Below are positions 7,819 to 17,643 of a DNA stretch of 45,738 bases, piece by piece. The translations under genes and the position numbers were made by a program. Positions within the stretch are counted from its first letter, which is position 1. The number at the start of each line of letters is the position of its first letter. A model generated the notes under the pieces. The model was not told the DNA's origin, did no database searches, and saw only the letters and a program-made list of their open reading frames with translations. This stretch comes from a virus (taxonomy: Duplodnaviria; Caudoviricetes). The stretch covers positions 1 through 45,738 of IMG/VR virus record IMGVR_UViG_3300044450_000301; one strand, 5' to 3'.

Positions 7819-8082
7819 ATGTGCCTTTTCGGAGGTGGCGGTACATCCGTCCAGACGCCAACGCCGCCAGTGCTTCCGCCTGAAACGGCCGCGATGAAGG
7901 AACCCGACGCCGCTGCGGTCAAATCCGCGACGGCGCGGCGCACTGGCGATCGCATCCGATCAGGCGCTCAGACGATCCTCACATCCGGCTCGGGCGTAAA
8001 GTCCAGGGCTCAGACGAGCAAGACGACGCTGACCGGCGATGAGGATGATGAGGCGCGCAAGAAAACGCTGCTTGGCGAGTGA
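7819..8082 (+). CDS. Small pre-portal virion assembly protein
   Basis: MC start, TILTSGSG and KTLLG end are typical of pre-portal genes in BPP-1/T7-like podoviruses. Confidence 0.75.
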   Translation: MCLFGGGGTSVQTPTPPVLPPETAAMKEPDAAAVKSATARRTGDRIRSGAQTILTSGSGVKSRAQTSKTTLTGDEDDEARKKTLLGE

Positions 8083-8213
8083 TGTTTTTCCTGGGCGCTG
8101 CGGCGATCTACGGCTGGATGGGCATTGACCTCTGGTCGGTCGATCGCGGCGCGTCCGGCCTGTGCGCCGCGCTGGCGGCTTTCTTCGCAATCGGATGGTG
8201 GATATCGCCATGA
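8082..8213 (+). CDS. 43-aa hydrophobic peptide
   Basis: MFFLGAAAIYGWMGIDLWSVDRGASGLCAALAAFFAIGWWISP; TGATG overlap upstream, ATGA overlap with the portal start. Confidence 0.6.
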   Translation: MFFLGAAAIYGWMGIDLWSVDRGASGLCAALAAFFAIGWWISP

Positions 8214-9916
8214 GCGGCAACGCGCCGAACAATGAAACCCAGGTCGCTTATCATCGTCGACGCGCAACCGAATTGCAGACGGTTCGCCAGCCGTGGGAAG
8301 AGACTTGGCGCGAGCTTGCGCAATTCATCGAACCGACGCGGTTCCGCCTTGGCACAAAGGATGAGGGATACACCTCCCGAAAGAAGATTGTCGACAGCCA
8401 AGCAACAACCGCGCTGCGGACGCTGGCGAGCGGCATGCACTCGGGCATCACCTCGCCCGCGCGGCCGTGGTTCCGGCTGACTACCTTCGATCCTGAGCTA
8501 AAGGACTTTCCGCCCGTCAAGGAATATCTGGCGCAAGTCGAGCGCCGGATGCGCGAGACGTTCCAAAGCTCGAACATCTACAATTCGTTCCATATCGGCT
8601 ACGGCGATCTCGGCCTGTTTGGTCAGTCTGTGGGCATTCTCGCTGAGGATGATCGCGAGGTGATCCGCATGCAGCAATGCATGCATGGTCGCTTTTGGAT
8701 CGCCCGCGACCATACCGGCCGCGTCACCACGCTCTATCGCCAATTCCGCTGGTCAGTGCAGCGCATCATTGCGCGCTTCGGGTATGCGGCCGTCAAGCGC
8801 ATAAGTCAGACGATCGCGACCGCCTATGACAACGGCAATTACGATGACATTCACACTGTCTGGCATGCGATCGAACCGCGCATGACGCGCGATCCGCGCC
8901 GGCTGGACAAGGCTCATAAGCCGTACCTGTCGAACTATTGGCTCGATACCATGACTGAGCGCGCAAATGATGGGCTCCTGGAGGAAAGCGGCTTCGATGA
9001 AAACCCGCTGATCGGGCCGGCCTGGGAACTGGCCGGCGACGATCATTACGCGCTGTCGCCGGGACAGGTCGCGCTTGGCGACACTCAGATGCTCCAGAAG
9101 ATGCAGCAACGGAAGCTGGAGGCGCTGGACAAGATCGTTCGCCCGCCGATGACGGGACCGACTTCGCTGCGAAACAATCCGGCGTCGCTCCTGCCGGGAT
9201 CGGTGACTTATGTCGATGATCCGACCGGGAAGGGCTACCGGGCGGCGATGGAAGTGAACCTTCGCATTGCCGAACTCACCCAGGATATTCAGGCGACGCA
9301 ATACAAGATCGATCGCGCGTTCTATGCCGATTTGTTCCTCATGCTCGCCAACATGGAAGGCATCCAACCGCGCAATCAATTCGAGATCGCAGAGCGTAAA
9401 GAGGAAAAACTGCTCGCGCTCGGGCCGGTGCTGGAAAACATCTACAATGACCAACTGGAGCCGACGATCGATCGCACCTATGCGATCCTCAATCGTCGCG
9501 GCGAATTGCCGCCTCCGCCGCGCGAGCTTGCCGAACAGGAACTCAAGATCGAATACATTTCGATGCTCGCCCAGGCGCAAAAGGCCGTTGCGACCGGCGC
9601 GATCGAGCGCGGCGTTGCGTTCGCCGGTCAACTTGCAGCCGTCAAGCCGGAAGTCCTCGACAAGCTCGACGCCGACGACGCTGTTGATCAGTATTTCGAC
9701 ATGCTGGGTGTCCCGCCGTCGATCGTCGTTCCAAATACGGAAGTCGAGAAAACGCGCGCGGCGCGGGCTCAAAAGCAGCAAGCGGCAGAAGCCGCCGCGA
9801 TGATGAAGGAAGTTGCGCCGGCCGCGAAGGCGGGCGCGGACGCTGCCGCAACGCTGGCCGATGCGGCAACGCTTCCGGCTGGCGGATCGCTCCTGCAAAG
9901 ATTGGGGATTGGGTGA
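8210..9916 (+). CDS. Portal / head-to-tail connector
   Basis: LASGMHSGITSPARPWFRL, EIAERKEEKLLALGPVLE, IEYISMLAQAQK motifs; start refined to 8210. Confidence 0.95.
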   Translation: MSGNAPNNETQVAYHRRRATELQTVRQPWEETWRELAQFIEPTRFRLGTKDEGYTSRKKIVDSQATTALRTLASGMHSGITSPARPWFRLTTFDPELKDFPPVKEYLAQVERRMRETFQSSNIYNSFHIGYGDLGLFGQSVGILAEDDREVIRMQQCMHGRFWIARDHTGRVTTLYRQFRWSVQRIIARFGYAAVKRISQTIATAYDNGNYDDIHTVWHAIEPRMTRDPRRLDKAHKPYLSNYWLDTMTERANDGLLEESGFDENPLIGPAWELAGDDHYALSPGQVALGDTQMLQKMQQRKLEALDKIVRPPMTGPTSLRNNPASLLPGSVTYVDDPTGKGYRAAMEVNLRIAELTQDIQATQYKIDRAFYADLFLMLANMEGIQPRNQFEIAERKEEKLLALGPVLENIYNDQLEPTIDRTYAILNRRGELPPPPRELAEQELKIEYISMLAQAQKAVATGAIERGVAFAGQLAAVKPEVLDKLDADDAVDQYFDMLGVPPSIVVPNTEVEKTRAARAQKQQAAEAAAMMKEVAPAAKAGADAAATLADAATLPAGGSLLQRLGIG

Positions 9917-10026
9917 TGTATTGGGGACCGACGAAAGCAGACATTCGCGCGGCCAAGATCGCGATCGCGATCTTTCTGGCGGCGTTCGGCGGCGGCGCTT
10001 TTGCGATCGGCGCGTGGCTTTTCTAG
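9916..10026 (+). CDS. 36-aa single-TM peptide
   Basis: MYWGPTKADIRAAKIAIAIFLAAFGGGAFAIGAWLF; TGATG overlap with the portal stop. Confidence 0.6.
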   Translation: MYWGPTKADIRAAKIAIAIFLAAFGGGAFAIGAWLF

Positions 10027-10034
10027 GCGAATAG

Positions 10035-10053
10035 TGTTGCGGAAATCACAATG
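10035..10053. promoter_or_regulatory. Operator-like site TGTTGCGGAAATCACAATG overlapping a start codon
   Basis: Match to the 19-bp consensus. Confidence 0.55.
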
Positions 10054-10395
10054 ACCGATTTGAGTGAGCAACTATCACAACAGCAAAAGGTCGAACGTGA
10101 CGAATTGGCAAAGGCGTTTCGTCACGTCCTGTCGGATGCGCGCGGCAAGCGCGTTCTGTTCTGGATACTGGAGCAATGCGCGATCTATCAGGACGCATTC
10201 TCCGCCGACAATGACGTGACGAACTACACGCTTGGTCAACAGGCGAGCGGGCGGAAGGTGATCGCGCAAATGGATGCGATCGATCCGCGTCTTTACCCGC
10301 AACTCCTGGTCGACCGCGCCGAGATCAGAGAGCGAGATCGAGCCGCCGCGAAGGCGATGGCCAAAAACCAGGAGCAAGAGGACGATGAGGAATAG
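10051..10395 (+). CDS. Bbp19-like phage protein
   Basis: VLSDARGKRVLFWILEQC; lies between portal and scaffold. Confidence 0.75.
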   Translation: MTDLSEQLSQQQKVERDELAKAFRHVLSDARGKRVLFWILEQCAIYQDAFSADNDVTNYTLGQQASGRKVIAQMDAIDPRLYPQLLVDRAEIRERDRAAAKAMAKNQEQEDDEE

Positions 10396-11269
10396 GATCA
10401 GGGATTTGATGGCCGGTGAGGGCAGCGGCGGGATCATGTTCAGCGGCGAGGGCGGCGGCAACGGCGGCGGCGATGGCGGTTCCGACGATGGCGCGAGCGT
10501 CCTGTTTCCCGATGAGGGCGGCGAGAAAAAGCCCGACGATGATACTGCCGGCAAGGATGGTGACGGCGACGGCGACGGCGACGGTGACAAATCCGGTGAA
10601 GGCGAATGGAAGGAATATGTTCCTGATCCCGACAAGTCGGATGAGGAAAACGCCGCCGCGAAGGCTGAGCATGATAAGACCAAGCCGGCCGATGGCGATG
10701 GCGACAAGGGTAAGAAGAAGGATGACGCCGCCGCCGATGCCGACAAGGTTCCCGATGACGGGAAGTACGATCTCAAGATGCCCGATGGTGTCGAGCTTGA
10801 CGCCGAGTTGGCCGACGCGCTCGGGCCTGAGTTCAAGGAAATCGGGCTGACGCGCGGGCAGGCGCAGAAGCTGGCCGACAAGTTCATCGAAATCCAGCAA
10901 GGCCGCGCCGAGACTTATTCCAAGTCACCGGAAGGCCAATGGTCGATGTCGGCCTATGGCTACTTCAAGGAACACGGAACGCCCGACACTTGGCCGGACA
11001 AGGCCAAGGCCGACAAGGAAATCGGCGGCGACAATTGGGATGGCACGGTCGCGACCGCGCGCCGCGCCGTGAATGCGCTCGGAACGCCGGAACTGAAAAG
11101 CTTCCTGGAGGCGAGTGGTGGCGGCAACCATCCCGAGCTTATCCGTTTCATGGCAAGAGCCGGGGCCATGATCAAGGAGGATGACCCGGCGAAAGGCGGC
11201 GCGGAAGGGGCGGGTAAGCCTGCCGAAACCGCCCACGTTCTGTTTCCGAACGACGCACCGAAAGGCTAA
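10385..11269 (+). CDS. Capsid scaffolding/assembly protein
   Basis: Acidic low-complexity N-terminus, YDLKMPDG, GLTRGQAQKL, GGGNHPELIRF; directly upstream of the capsid gene. Confidence 0.85.
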   Translation: MRNRIRDLMAGEGSGGIMFSGEGGGNGGGDGGSDDGASVLFPDEGGEKKPDDDTAGKDGDGDGDGDGDKSGEGEWKEYVPDPDKSDEENAAAKAEHDKTKPADGDGDKGKKKDDAAADADKVPDDGKYDLKMPDGVELDAELADALGPEFKEIGLTRGQAQKLADKFIEIQQGRAETYSKSPEGQWSMSAYGYFKEHGTPDTWPDKAKADKEIGGDNWDGTVATARRAVNALGTPELKSFLEASGGGNHPELIRFMARAGAMIKEDDPAKGGAEGAGKPAETAHVLFPNDAPKG

Positions 11270-11275
11270 GGAACA

Positions 11276-12307
11276 ATGGCGACTATCGGCACAACCTATC
11301 CGAACCTGATCGACCTCAACAAGAATACCGGCGAGGGCAAGGTTGTGGAGCTTCTGACGCTCCAGAACCCGATCCTTGACGACGCGATCGCAACGCAGTG
11401 CAACATGGACGCCGTTCACCGGCACATGATCCGCACCGGCCTGCCATCCGTCGCGTGGGGCCGGCTCTATCAGGGCATCCCTCAGTCCAAGGCGACGATG
11501 CAGCAGGTCGATGATACGACCGGCTTCCTGGAGGCGGCTTCGACCGTCGATGAAAGGTTGCTCAAGCTGGCATCCGATCCGGCGCGGACGCGGCTCACTG
11601 AGAGCGCCCCGTATCTGGAAGCCATGAACCAGGAAATGGCGACTGGCATCTTCTACCACGATACGGCTTCGACGCCCGAGAAGTTCAAAGGTCTGGCCGC
11701 GCGGTATGCGAGCTACAACGCTGGCGTACCGAACCCGGCCGCGCCGTCGATCTCGAACCAGGTGATCCACGGCGGCGGTTCCGGCTCTGACAATACGTCG
11801 ATCTGGTTTGTCACCTGGGGCGATCACGCGACTTCGCTGCTCTACCCCAAGAACACCAAGGCCGGCGTCGAGATCGAGGACAAGGGATCGCAGCGCGTCA
11901 CTGACGCCAGCGGCAACCCGTACTATGTCAAGGAAGTGCTGTATCGCTGGCACCTTGGCCTGTTCGTCAAGGATTGGCGCTACAACGTCCGCATCGCTAA
12001 TATCGACGTGTCCGATATGCGCGGCGGCTCGGTCGATCTGTGGGCGCTTCTGCGCAAGGCGTATTACCGCCTCCAGTCGCGCCGCCGTGATGCTCAGTCG
12101 AGCCGGATCGCGATCTACATGAACCGTGAGGTGCTGGAAATTCTGGACGCGCAGTCCAGCGACCGGGCGCTTCTCGCGGCCAATCCGAACTATACCGGGC
12201 TCGGGCACATGCAGGTCGAGGGCAAGGAAGTCCGCTCGTATCGGGGCATCCCGATCCGCGAGACTGACGCGCTTCTCAATACCGAAAGCGCCGTTCCGTC
12301 CGCGTAG
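11276..12307 (+). CDS. Major capsid protein (BPP-1 Bbp17-like)
   Basis: RTGLPSVAW, PEKFKGLAARY, SDNTSIWFV, DWRYNVRIANID, GIPIRETDALLNTE. Confidence 0.95.
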   Translation: MATIGTTYPNLIDLNKNTGEGKVVELLTLQNPILDDAIATQCNMDAVHRHMIRTGLPSVAWGRLYQGIPQSKATMQQVDDTTGFLEAASTVDERLLKLASDPARTRLTESAPYLEAMNQEMATGIFYHDTASTPEKFKGLAARYASYNAGVPNPAAPSISNQVIHGGGSGSDNTSIWFVTWGDHATSLLYPKNTKAGVEIEDKGSQRVTDASGNPYYVKEVLYRWHLGLFVKDWRYNVRIANIDVSDMRGGSVDLWALLRKAYYRLQSRRRDAQSSRIAIYMNREVLEILDAQSSDRALLAANPNYTGLGHMQVEGKEVRSYRGIPIRETDALLNTESAVPSA

Positions 12308-12315
12308 TGATCGCC

Positions 12316-12343
12316 TGCCGCTCGCCTTAACGGGCGGGCGGCA
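12316..12343 (+). other. GC-rich stem-loop after the capsid stop (no U-tract)
   Basis: TGCCGCTCGCC ... GGCGGGCGGCA. Confidence 0.55.
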
Positions 12344-12387
12344 ACATTCGAAGCAGGGCCGGAAGGCCGAACAGAGGCAAGACAGAA

Positions 12388-12807
12388 ATGATCTTCGACA
12401 AACAGACGCTCTTTTCGGATGCCCAGGCGATCACAGCAAGCGCCGCATCCACCAACGCCATCGATCTCGGGCCGGTCGACCTCGCCCGCGACATCGGCAA
12501 AGGCAAGCCGATCCCGCTGCTCATCCAGGTTGTCGAAGTGTTCGACAGCGTTGCCGACGATGAGACACTGGAGGTTGCGGTGCAGTTCGACAGCACCGAA
12601 ACCTTCACGCCGGACAAGGCGATCGTGATCGGCAAGTTCACGAATGCTCAGTTGAAAACGCTGGGCTTCCAGCTTCCGTGCCAGGCAATACCGGACGGCT
12701 CCAACCTCCAGTATATGCGCCTGTACTACACGGTCGCCGGCTCGGGCAACTTCACGGCAGGCAAGCTGACTGCCGGGATCGTCATGGGTCGCCAGACCAA
12801 TGGTTAA
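12388..12807 (+). CDS. Capsid cement protein (Bbp16-like)
   Basis: MIFDKQTLFSDAQAIT...STNAIDLG...YMRLYYTV...GKLTAGIV. Confidence 0.9.
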   Translation: MIFDKQTLFSDAQAITASAASTNAIDLGPVDLARDIGKGKPIPLLIQVVEVFDSVADDETLEVAVQFDSTETFTPDKAIVIGKFTNAQLKTLGFQLPCQAIPDGSNLQYMRLYYTVAGSGNFTAGKLTAGIVMGRQTNG

Positions 12808-13279
12808 GGCGATCGCGAACGAAAAGGGCTTCTTCGGCGGGGTCGTTCGCGATCCCGGCGACAGCTTCATCGTGCCGGATGCGATCTGGAACGATCCGAA
12901 AAAGCGGCCGTCCTGGGCGCGCAAGGATGATCGCCCGGATGATCTCGCCACTGAGCCCAAGGGTGAGAGTGTAGGCGAAGGTGAAGGCGAGGCGACGCCG
13001 ATCCCCGCCGACTGGCGGTCGCTTTCGGCCAAGGAACGCAAGGCGCTGGCGGAAGCGATCTCGGGCGAAAAGCCCGCAAACGCCAAGGAAGCGGACGCCT
13101 TGATCGAGGCATGCGCGAAGGATGGTGCGGAGCCGTTCGCTGATGCGCCTGAGCCGGAAGCGGCGGGTGAAGGCAACGGGCTCCAGGATGCTCTTGGGGG
13201 CATTCCGCCGAAGGAAAACCTTGGCGACGCAAAACCCGATTGGGAAGCGCCAGCCGCGCCCAAGCCGGTCGAGGACTGA
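12800..13279 (+). CDS. Hypothetical structural-region protein
   Basis: KGFFGGVVRDPGDSF N-terminus; overlaps the upstream gene. Confidence 0.75.
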   Translation: MVKAIANEKGFFGGVVRDPGDSFIVPDAIWNDPKKRPSWARKDDRPDDLATEPKGESVGEGEGEATPIPADWRSLSAKERKALAEAISGEKPANAKEADALIEACAKDGAEPFADAPEPEAAGEGNGLQDALGGIPPKENLGDAKPDWEAPAAPKPVED

Positions 13280-13333
13280 TCGGCCGGATGATCTCGCGAG
13301 CCGGCGCGTTGTCGGCTCGCATTAACCCTGGGG

Positions 13334-13642
13334 ATGCCGATGGCCCGCTTCACTACCAATGTCGCACTTCTCGAAAACGCCAGCGCAACCGGATCGGAGT
13401 TCACGATCGATCAGGGCGGGCGGTTTCTGTTTCTGGCGCTGGGCACCTTTGGCGGCGCGACAGTCAAGCTCCAGATTAAGGGGCCAGACGACAGCACGTT
13501 TGTCGACGTTCCCGATAGCTCGCTGACAGCGGCCGGATCAAAGACCGTCTACCTGCCCGACAACGCCGTTGTGAAGGCGGCGATCGCGAGCGGCCCGCCG
13601 TCCGGCATCTACGCATCGTTGCGCCGCTGCCCGGAGTGCTGA
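13334..13642 (+). CDS. Small beta-rich virion protein (decoration-like)
   Basis: GTFGGATVKLQ motif; location in the head-tail region. Confidence 0.65.
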   Translation: MPMARFTTNVALLENASATGSEFTIDQGGRFLFLALGTFGGATVKLQIKGPDDSTFVDVPDSSLTAAGSKTVYLPDNAVVKAAIASGPPSGIYASLRRCPEC

Positions 13643-13645
13643 GCG

Positions 13646-13945
13646 ATGAAGCTCGCCAGCCTTGCGCAAAAATACAGCGATATGGTCGGACCGCCCGAAG
13701 GCGCTGACAGCGATGAGTATTATCCGTCGCTGCACCTGGACGAAAAGCAGATTGACGCGATCGGCGTCACTGAGGCGCGCGTCGGCAAGGAAATGATGAT
13801 GACCGCACTTGTGCGCGTCGCCAGCTTCCATGACGCCAAGAACGGCGCGCGCTCCATGTCATTCGAGGTTATCGAGGCCGGCCTTTCCGACAAAGAGGAC
13901 AGCAAGGACGCGGCGACGGTCCTGTTTCCAAATGAGAAGGGCTGA
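13646..13945 (+). CDS. Small head-associated protein (epsilon15 staple-like)
   Basis: YYPSLHLDEKQIDAIGV pattern; precedes the tail adaptor. Confidence 0.6.
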   Translation: MKLASLAQKYSDMVGPPEGADSDEYYPSLHLDEKQIDAIGVTEARVGKEMMMTALVRVASFHDAKNGARSMSFEVIEAGLSDKEDSKDAATVLFPNEKG

Positions 13946-14547
13946 TGACCTCTACCGTTGCGATTTGCAATCTGGCCCTGTCCAATCTCGGCAAGGACAA
14001 CATAAGCGCACTGACTGAGGCGAGCGCTGAGGCGCGCGCCTGCAATCAGTTTTACGATCACGTCCGCAAGTTGCTTCTCCAAGAATATCCGTGGGGCTTC
14101 GCCGGCAAGTCGGCATCGCTGGCATCGATCACCAATGACAAGGAAGGCGACTGGCTGTACGCCTATCGCAAGCCGAACGATTGCCTGAAACTGCGCACCG
14201 TTCGCAATCGCTACTCGACCACGCCGCAAGATGATCTCCCGGAAGCCCTGCCGTCCGGCTTCCCCTATGAGGTTGAAGGAAGCGCGATCTATTGCGACCT
14301 GTCGCCGGCCTTCGGTCGCTACACTTATGACCTGACCGATCCGACCAAGTTCTCAGTGTCCTTTATCGAGGCGCTGGGCTGGCATTTGTCGGTTCGGCTG
14401 GCGATGCCACTGACGCGCGATCCCAAGGTCCGCGCCGACGCCTATCAGATTGCTATAGGCGCTCAGCACATCGCGGAAATGGCGGACGCAAATGAGGTTC
14501 GCCACACATCCGATCATGATAGTGAGTTCGTGACGGAGCGCAGCTAA
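13945..14547 (+). CDS. Tail tubular protein A / adaptor (T7 gp11-like)
   Basis: VAICNLALSNLG, YPWGFA, YAYRKPNDCL, FIEALGWHL. Confidence 0.9.
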   Translation: MTSTVAICNLALSNLGKDNISALTEASAEARACNQFYDHVRKLLLQEYPWGFAGKSASLASITNDKEGDWLYAYRKPNDCLKLRTVRNRYSTTPQDDLPEALPSGFPYEVEGSAIYCDLSPAFGRYTYDLTDPTKFSVSFIEALGWHLSVRLAMPLTRDPKVRADAYQIAIGAQHIAEMADANEVRHTSDHDSEFVTERS

Positions 14548-16625
14548 TGGCTGATCTCCGCGCCTATCAACCCTCATTTACTGCCGGCGTCCTGTCGCCC
14601 GCGCTGTGGGCGCGCGTCGATCTCGCCAAATATGCCAGCGGGCTCAAGACGGCGCTCAACCTGTTCATTCATCCGCATGGCGGTGTGTCGAACCGCGCCG
14701 GCCTGGAGTACATCAATGAGGTGAAGGACAGCGCGGATTACGCGCGGCCGATCCCGTTCCAGTTCAACACTGAACAATCCTACATCCTGGAGTTCGGAGA
14801 TCAGTATTTCCGCGTGTATCGCGATGGTGGGCTGATCCTGTCAGGCGGCTCGCCCTATGAGGTGGCGACGCCCTACGCGCATACCGATCTCGATCAGCTT
14901 GTTTTTGCGCAGGAGGCCGATGTCATGTACATCGTCCATCCGAGCTATGCGGTGCGCAAGCTCTCGCGCCTTGCCGATGACAACTGGACGCTGACAACGG
15001 TAACGTTCGCACCGTCGATCGCGGCACCGACTGGCGTTGGGGCTTCGCCGCTGGTCGGCTCGGGAAGCACACCATACACATACAAGGTGTCTGCGATCGA
15101 TGATGAAACCGGCGAAGAAAGCCTTCCTTCATCCGCTGCCGGCACGGCCAATGACCTGACGGTTGCGGGCAACAAGAACCGTGTCACCTGGAGCGCCGTG
15201 ACGGGTGCCAGCCGATATATCGTCTACAAAGAGGATAACGGTGTTTACGGCTACATCGGCGGCACATCCGGCCTGTCGTTCGATGATGAGAATATCGTTG
15301 CCGATCTTGCCGATACGCCCCAGGTGGCCCGCAACCCATTTTCGGGCAGCGGCAATTATCCCCGGTGCGCGACGTTCGTTGAACAGCGCCTTGCATTCGC
15401 TTCGACAAACAATGAGCCGCAAGGCGTCTGGATGTCGCAATCTGCGAACTATGAGAATTTCGGCTATTCGTCGCCGGCCAAGGCAAGCGATGCGGTGACG
15501 TTCCGTATCCGGGCAAAACAGGTGAACGAAATTCGCGCTATGCTGCCGATCAAGGGGCTCATGCTCCTGACCTCTGGCGCGGAGTGGATTGTATCTGGCG
15601 GCTCTCAGTCGGACGCGATCGCGCCCAGCGCGGTCAAGATCGATAATCAGGGCTTCCGGGGCGCGTCCATTGTGCAGCCGGTCGTTGTCGGCAGCACGGT
15701 TTTGTTCGCCCAGGAGAGGGGCGGCGTGGTTCGCGATTTCAGCTATCAATTCGCTGAGGACAGTTTCGTCGGCAAAGACCTGACGATCCTGGCCCGGCAT
15801 CTGTTCGAAGGCAAAAGCATCAAGTCCTGGGGTTACGCCCAGGCTCCCCACTCGATTGTTTGGGTGGTTCTCGATGACGGGTCGCTCGTCTCGTTGACCT
15901 ACATGAAAGAGCATGAGGTATGGGGCTGGACGCATCACGAAAGCGAGGCCGATGCCTATTTCGAGCATGTCACCGTCATTGCCGAAGGCAATGAGGATGT
16001 GCCGTATTTCGTGGTCAAGCGGACCATCAACGGGTCGGATGTTCGCTATATCGAGCGGCTTCATTCGCGCTATTTCACGGCCGTAGAGGATGCCTTTTTC
16101 GTTGATTGCGGCCTGGCCTATGACGGGTCGGCCACCACAACGATAAGCGGCCTGGACCACCTGGAGGGCGAAACTCTCGTGGCGCTTGCCGATGGCAACG
16201 TGGTTCTCGATCTCGAAGTTTCCAGCGGGTCGATCACGCTGCCCAATGCCGCCAGCAAGGTTCATGTCGGCCTGCCGATCACATCCGCGCTGCAAACACT
16301 CGATATTGATCTTGGCGCGGTCCGCGGGCTCGGGACCGTCCAGGGGCGGATCAAGTCGAACTCCGAAGTGACGCTTCGCGTCCAGGATACGCGAGGCATA
16401 TGGGTCGGCCCGCGCGACGGTACGCGCGACGATGAGCGGACGCTGGTCGAATACAAGCAGCGATCGACCGAAGCATGGAATGAGGCGATCGGCATGTACA
16501 CTGGCGATATCCGCATGACGCCGCATTGGGACTGGACCGATGGCGGCAATATGTGGATCAAGCAATTCGATCCGCTTCCGATGACAATTCTAGCGATCAT
16601 GCCCGATGTCACGATCGGTCGCTGA
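14547..16625 (+). CDS. Tail tubular protein B / nozzle (T7 gp12-like)
   Basis: QPSFTAGVLSPALWARVD, EQRLAFA, WGWTHH, DPLPMTILAI. Confidence 0.9.
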   Translation: MADLRAYQPSFTAGVLSPALWARVDLAKYASGLKTALNLFIHPHGGVSNRAGLEYINEVKDSADYARPIPFQFNTEQSYILEFGDQYFRVYRDGGLILSGGSPYEVATPYAHTDLDQLVFAQEADVMYIVHPSYAVRKLSRLADDNWTLTTVTFAPSIAAPTGVGASPLVGSGSTPYTYKVSAIDDETGEESLPSSAAGTANDLTVAGNKNRVTWSAVTGASRYIVYKEDNGVYGYIGGTSGLSFDDENIVADLADTPQVARNPFSGSGNYPRCATFVEQRLAFASTNNEPQGVWMSQSANYENFGYSSPAKASDAVTFRIRAKQVNEIRAMLPIKGLMLLTSGAEWIVSGGSQSDAIAPSAVKIDNQGFRGASIVQPVVVGSTVLFAQERGGVVRDFSYQFAEDSFVGKDLTILARHLFEGKSIKSWGYAQAPHSIVWVVLDDGSLVSLTYMKEHEVWGWTHHESEADAYFEHVTVIAEGNEDVPYFVVKRTINGSDVRYIERLHSRYFTAVEDAFFVDCGLAYDGSATTTISGLDHLEGETLVALADGNVVLDLEVSSGSITLPNAASKVHVGLPITSALQTLDIDLGAVRGLGTVQGRIKSNSEVTLRVQDTRGIWVGPRDGTRDDERTLVEYKQRSTEAWNEAIGMYTGDIRMTPHWDWTDGGNMWIKQFDPLPMTILAIMPDVTIGR

Positions 16626-17082
16626 TATTCGCATCGTTCCGGCGCGCGCCGCCCATGTTCGCACCATTGCGCGGCGGATGCGCAATGCCGATCGCGATGA
16701 GGTGTGGGCAGCGTCAAGAATGCTGCCGGCGCAAGCGCTCATCTATTCGCTCAGAAAGTCCACTTACGCCTGGACCGCGATCGTCAACGGCCGGCCGGAA
16801 GTGATGTTCGGCGTTGGTGACATCAACGTTCTTGCCGGGGTCGGGGCTCCCTGGCTGCTGGGGACGGTTGCCGTCGAAAAGCACTTCCGGGCATTCCTGC
16901 GGCGGTCGGTCGATTTTCGGGATCAACTATCAGCGCAGTATCCGGTGCTTCGGAACTTTGTCGATGATCGGAACAAGGCATCGATCCGCTGGCTTCGGTG
17001 GCTGGGTTTTCGCCTTTCTGATCCGGTCGACCATAACGGCTACAGGTTCCGCCTGTTCGAACTGAGGGCAAGCGATGTGTAG
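16606..17082 (+). CDS. T7 gp13-like GNAT-fold protein
   Basis: MRNADRDEV, PWLLGT, NFVDDRNKASIRWLRWLGF. Confidence 0.85.
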   Translation: MSRSVADIRIVPARAAHVRTIARRMRNADRDEVWAASRMLPAQALIYSLRKSTYAWTAIVNGRPEVMFGVGDINVLAGVGAPWLLGTVAVEKHFRAFLRRSVDFRDQLSAQYPVLRNFVDDRNKASIRWLRWLGFRLSDPVDHNGYRFRLFELRASDV

Positions 17083-17635
17083 TTTGACGATGGCGCTGAC
17101 GATCGGCTCGACGCTCCTGGGCGCGGTCGGACAGGTCGTTGCGGCCGAAGGGCAGGCCCGGCAGATGGAAGCCCAGGCCAAGGCGGCTGACTACAACGCC
17201 CAGGTCGTTGAAATGAACGCGACGCTCTCCGATCGGCGGGCGAAGGACGCGCTTGAACGCGGGGCGAAAGAGGAACAGCGCAAGCGCCTGGAGGTGCAGC
17301 GCATCCTTGGCTCACAACAGGCGGCTATGGCGGCAAATGGCGTGGATATCACATTCGGCTCGCCGCTCGATACGCTGACAGATACGGCGATGCTTGGCGA
17401 GATCGACGCGCTGACGATCCGAACCAACGCAAATCGCGAAAGCTACGATCGCCGCGTCGATGCGGTAAACCAGCGCGCGGGCGCAACGCTCGACAGGATG
17501 GAGGCGCAATCGGCGCGCGAAGGTGCCGGATACACGCGAACAGCCGGATATCTCGGGGCTTTCGGGACAGTCCTGACCGGAGCGGGCAAGGCGTTTCAAG
17601 GCTATCGACAATCGACAATCGGCGCGTTCGCGTGA
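17075..17635 (+). CDS. Internal virion (ejection) protein, T7 gp14-like
   Basis: MC start with hydrophobic N-terminus, QQAAMAANGVDITFGSPLD. Confidence 0.85.
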   Translation: MCSLTMALTIGSTLLGAVGQVVAAEGQARQMEAQAKAADYNAQVVEMNATLSDRRAKDALERGAKEEQRKRLEVQRILGSQQAAMAANGVDITFGSPLDTLTDTAMLGEIDALTIRTNANRESYDRRVDAVNQRAGATLDRMEAQSAREGAGYTRTAGYLGAFGTVLTGAGKAFQGYRQSTIGAFA

Positions 17636-17643
17636 GGTGAGGC

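Noticed and set aside
10559-10588. GACGGC microsatellite in the scaffold gene
   Set aside because: In-frame Asp-Gly low-complexity linker; cannot cause phase variation
13296-13320. Hairpin as a terminator
   Set aside because: No U-tract; at most an mRNA stability or processing element
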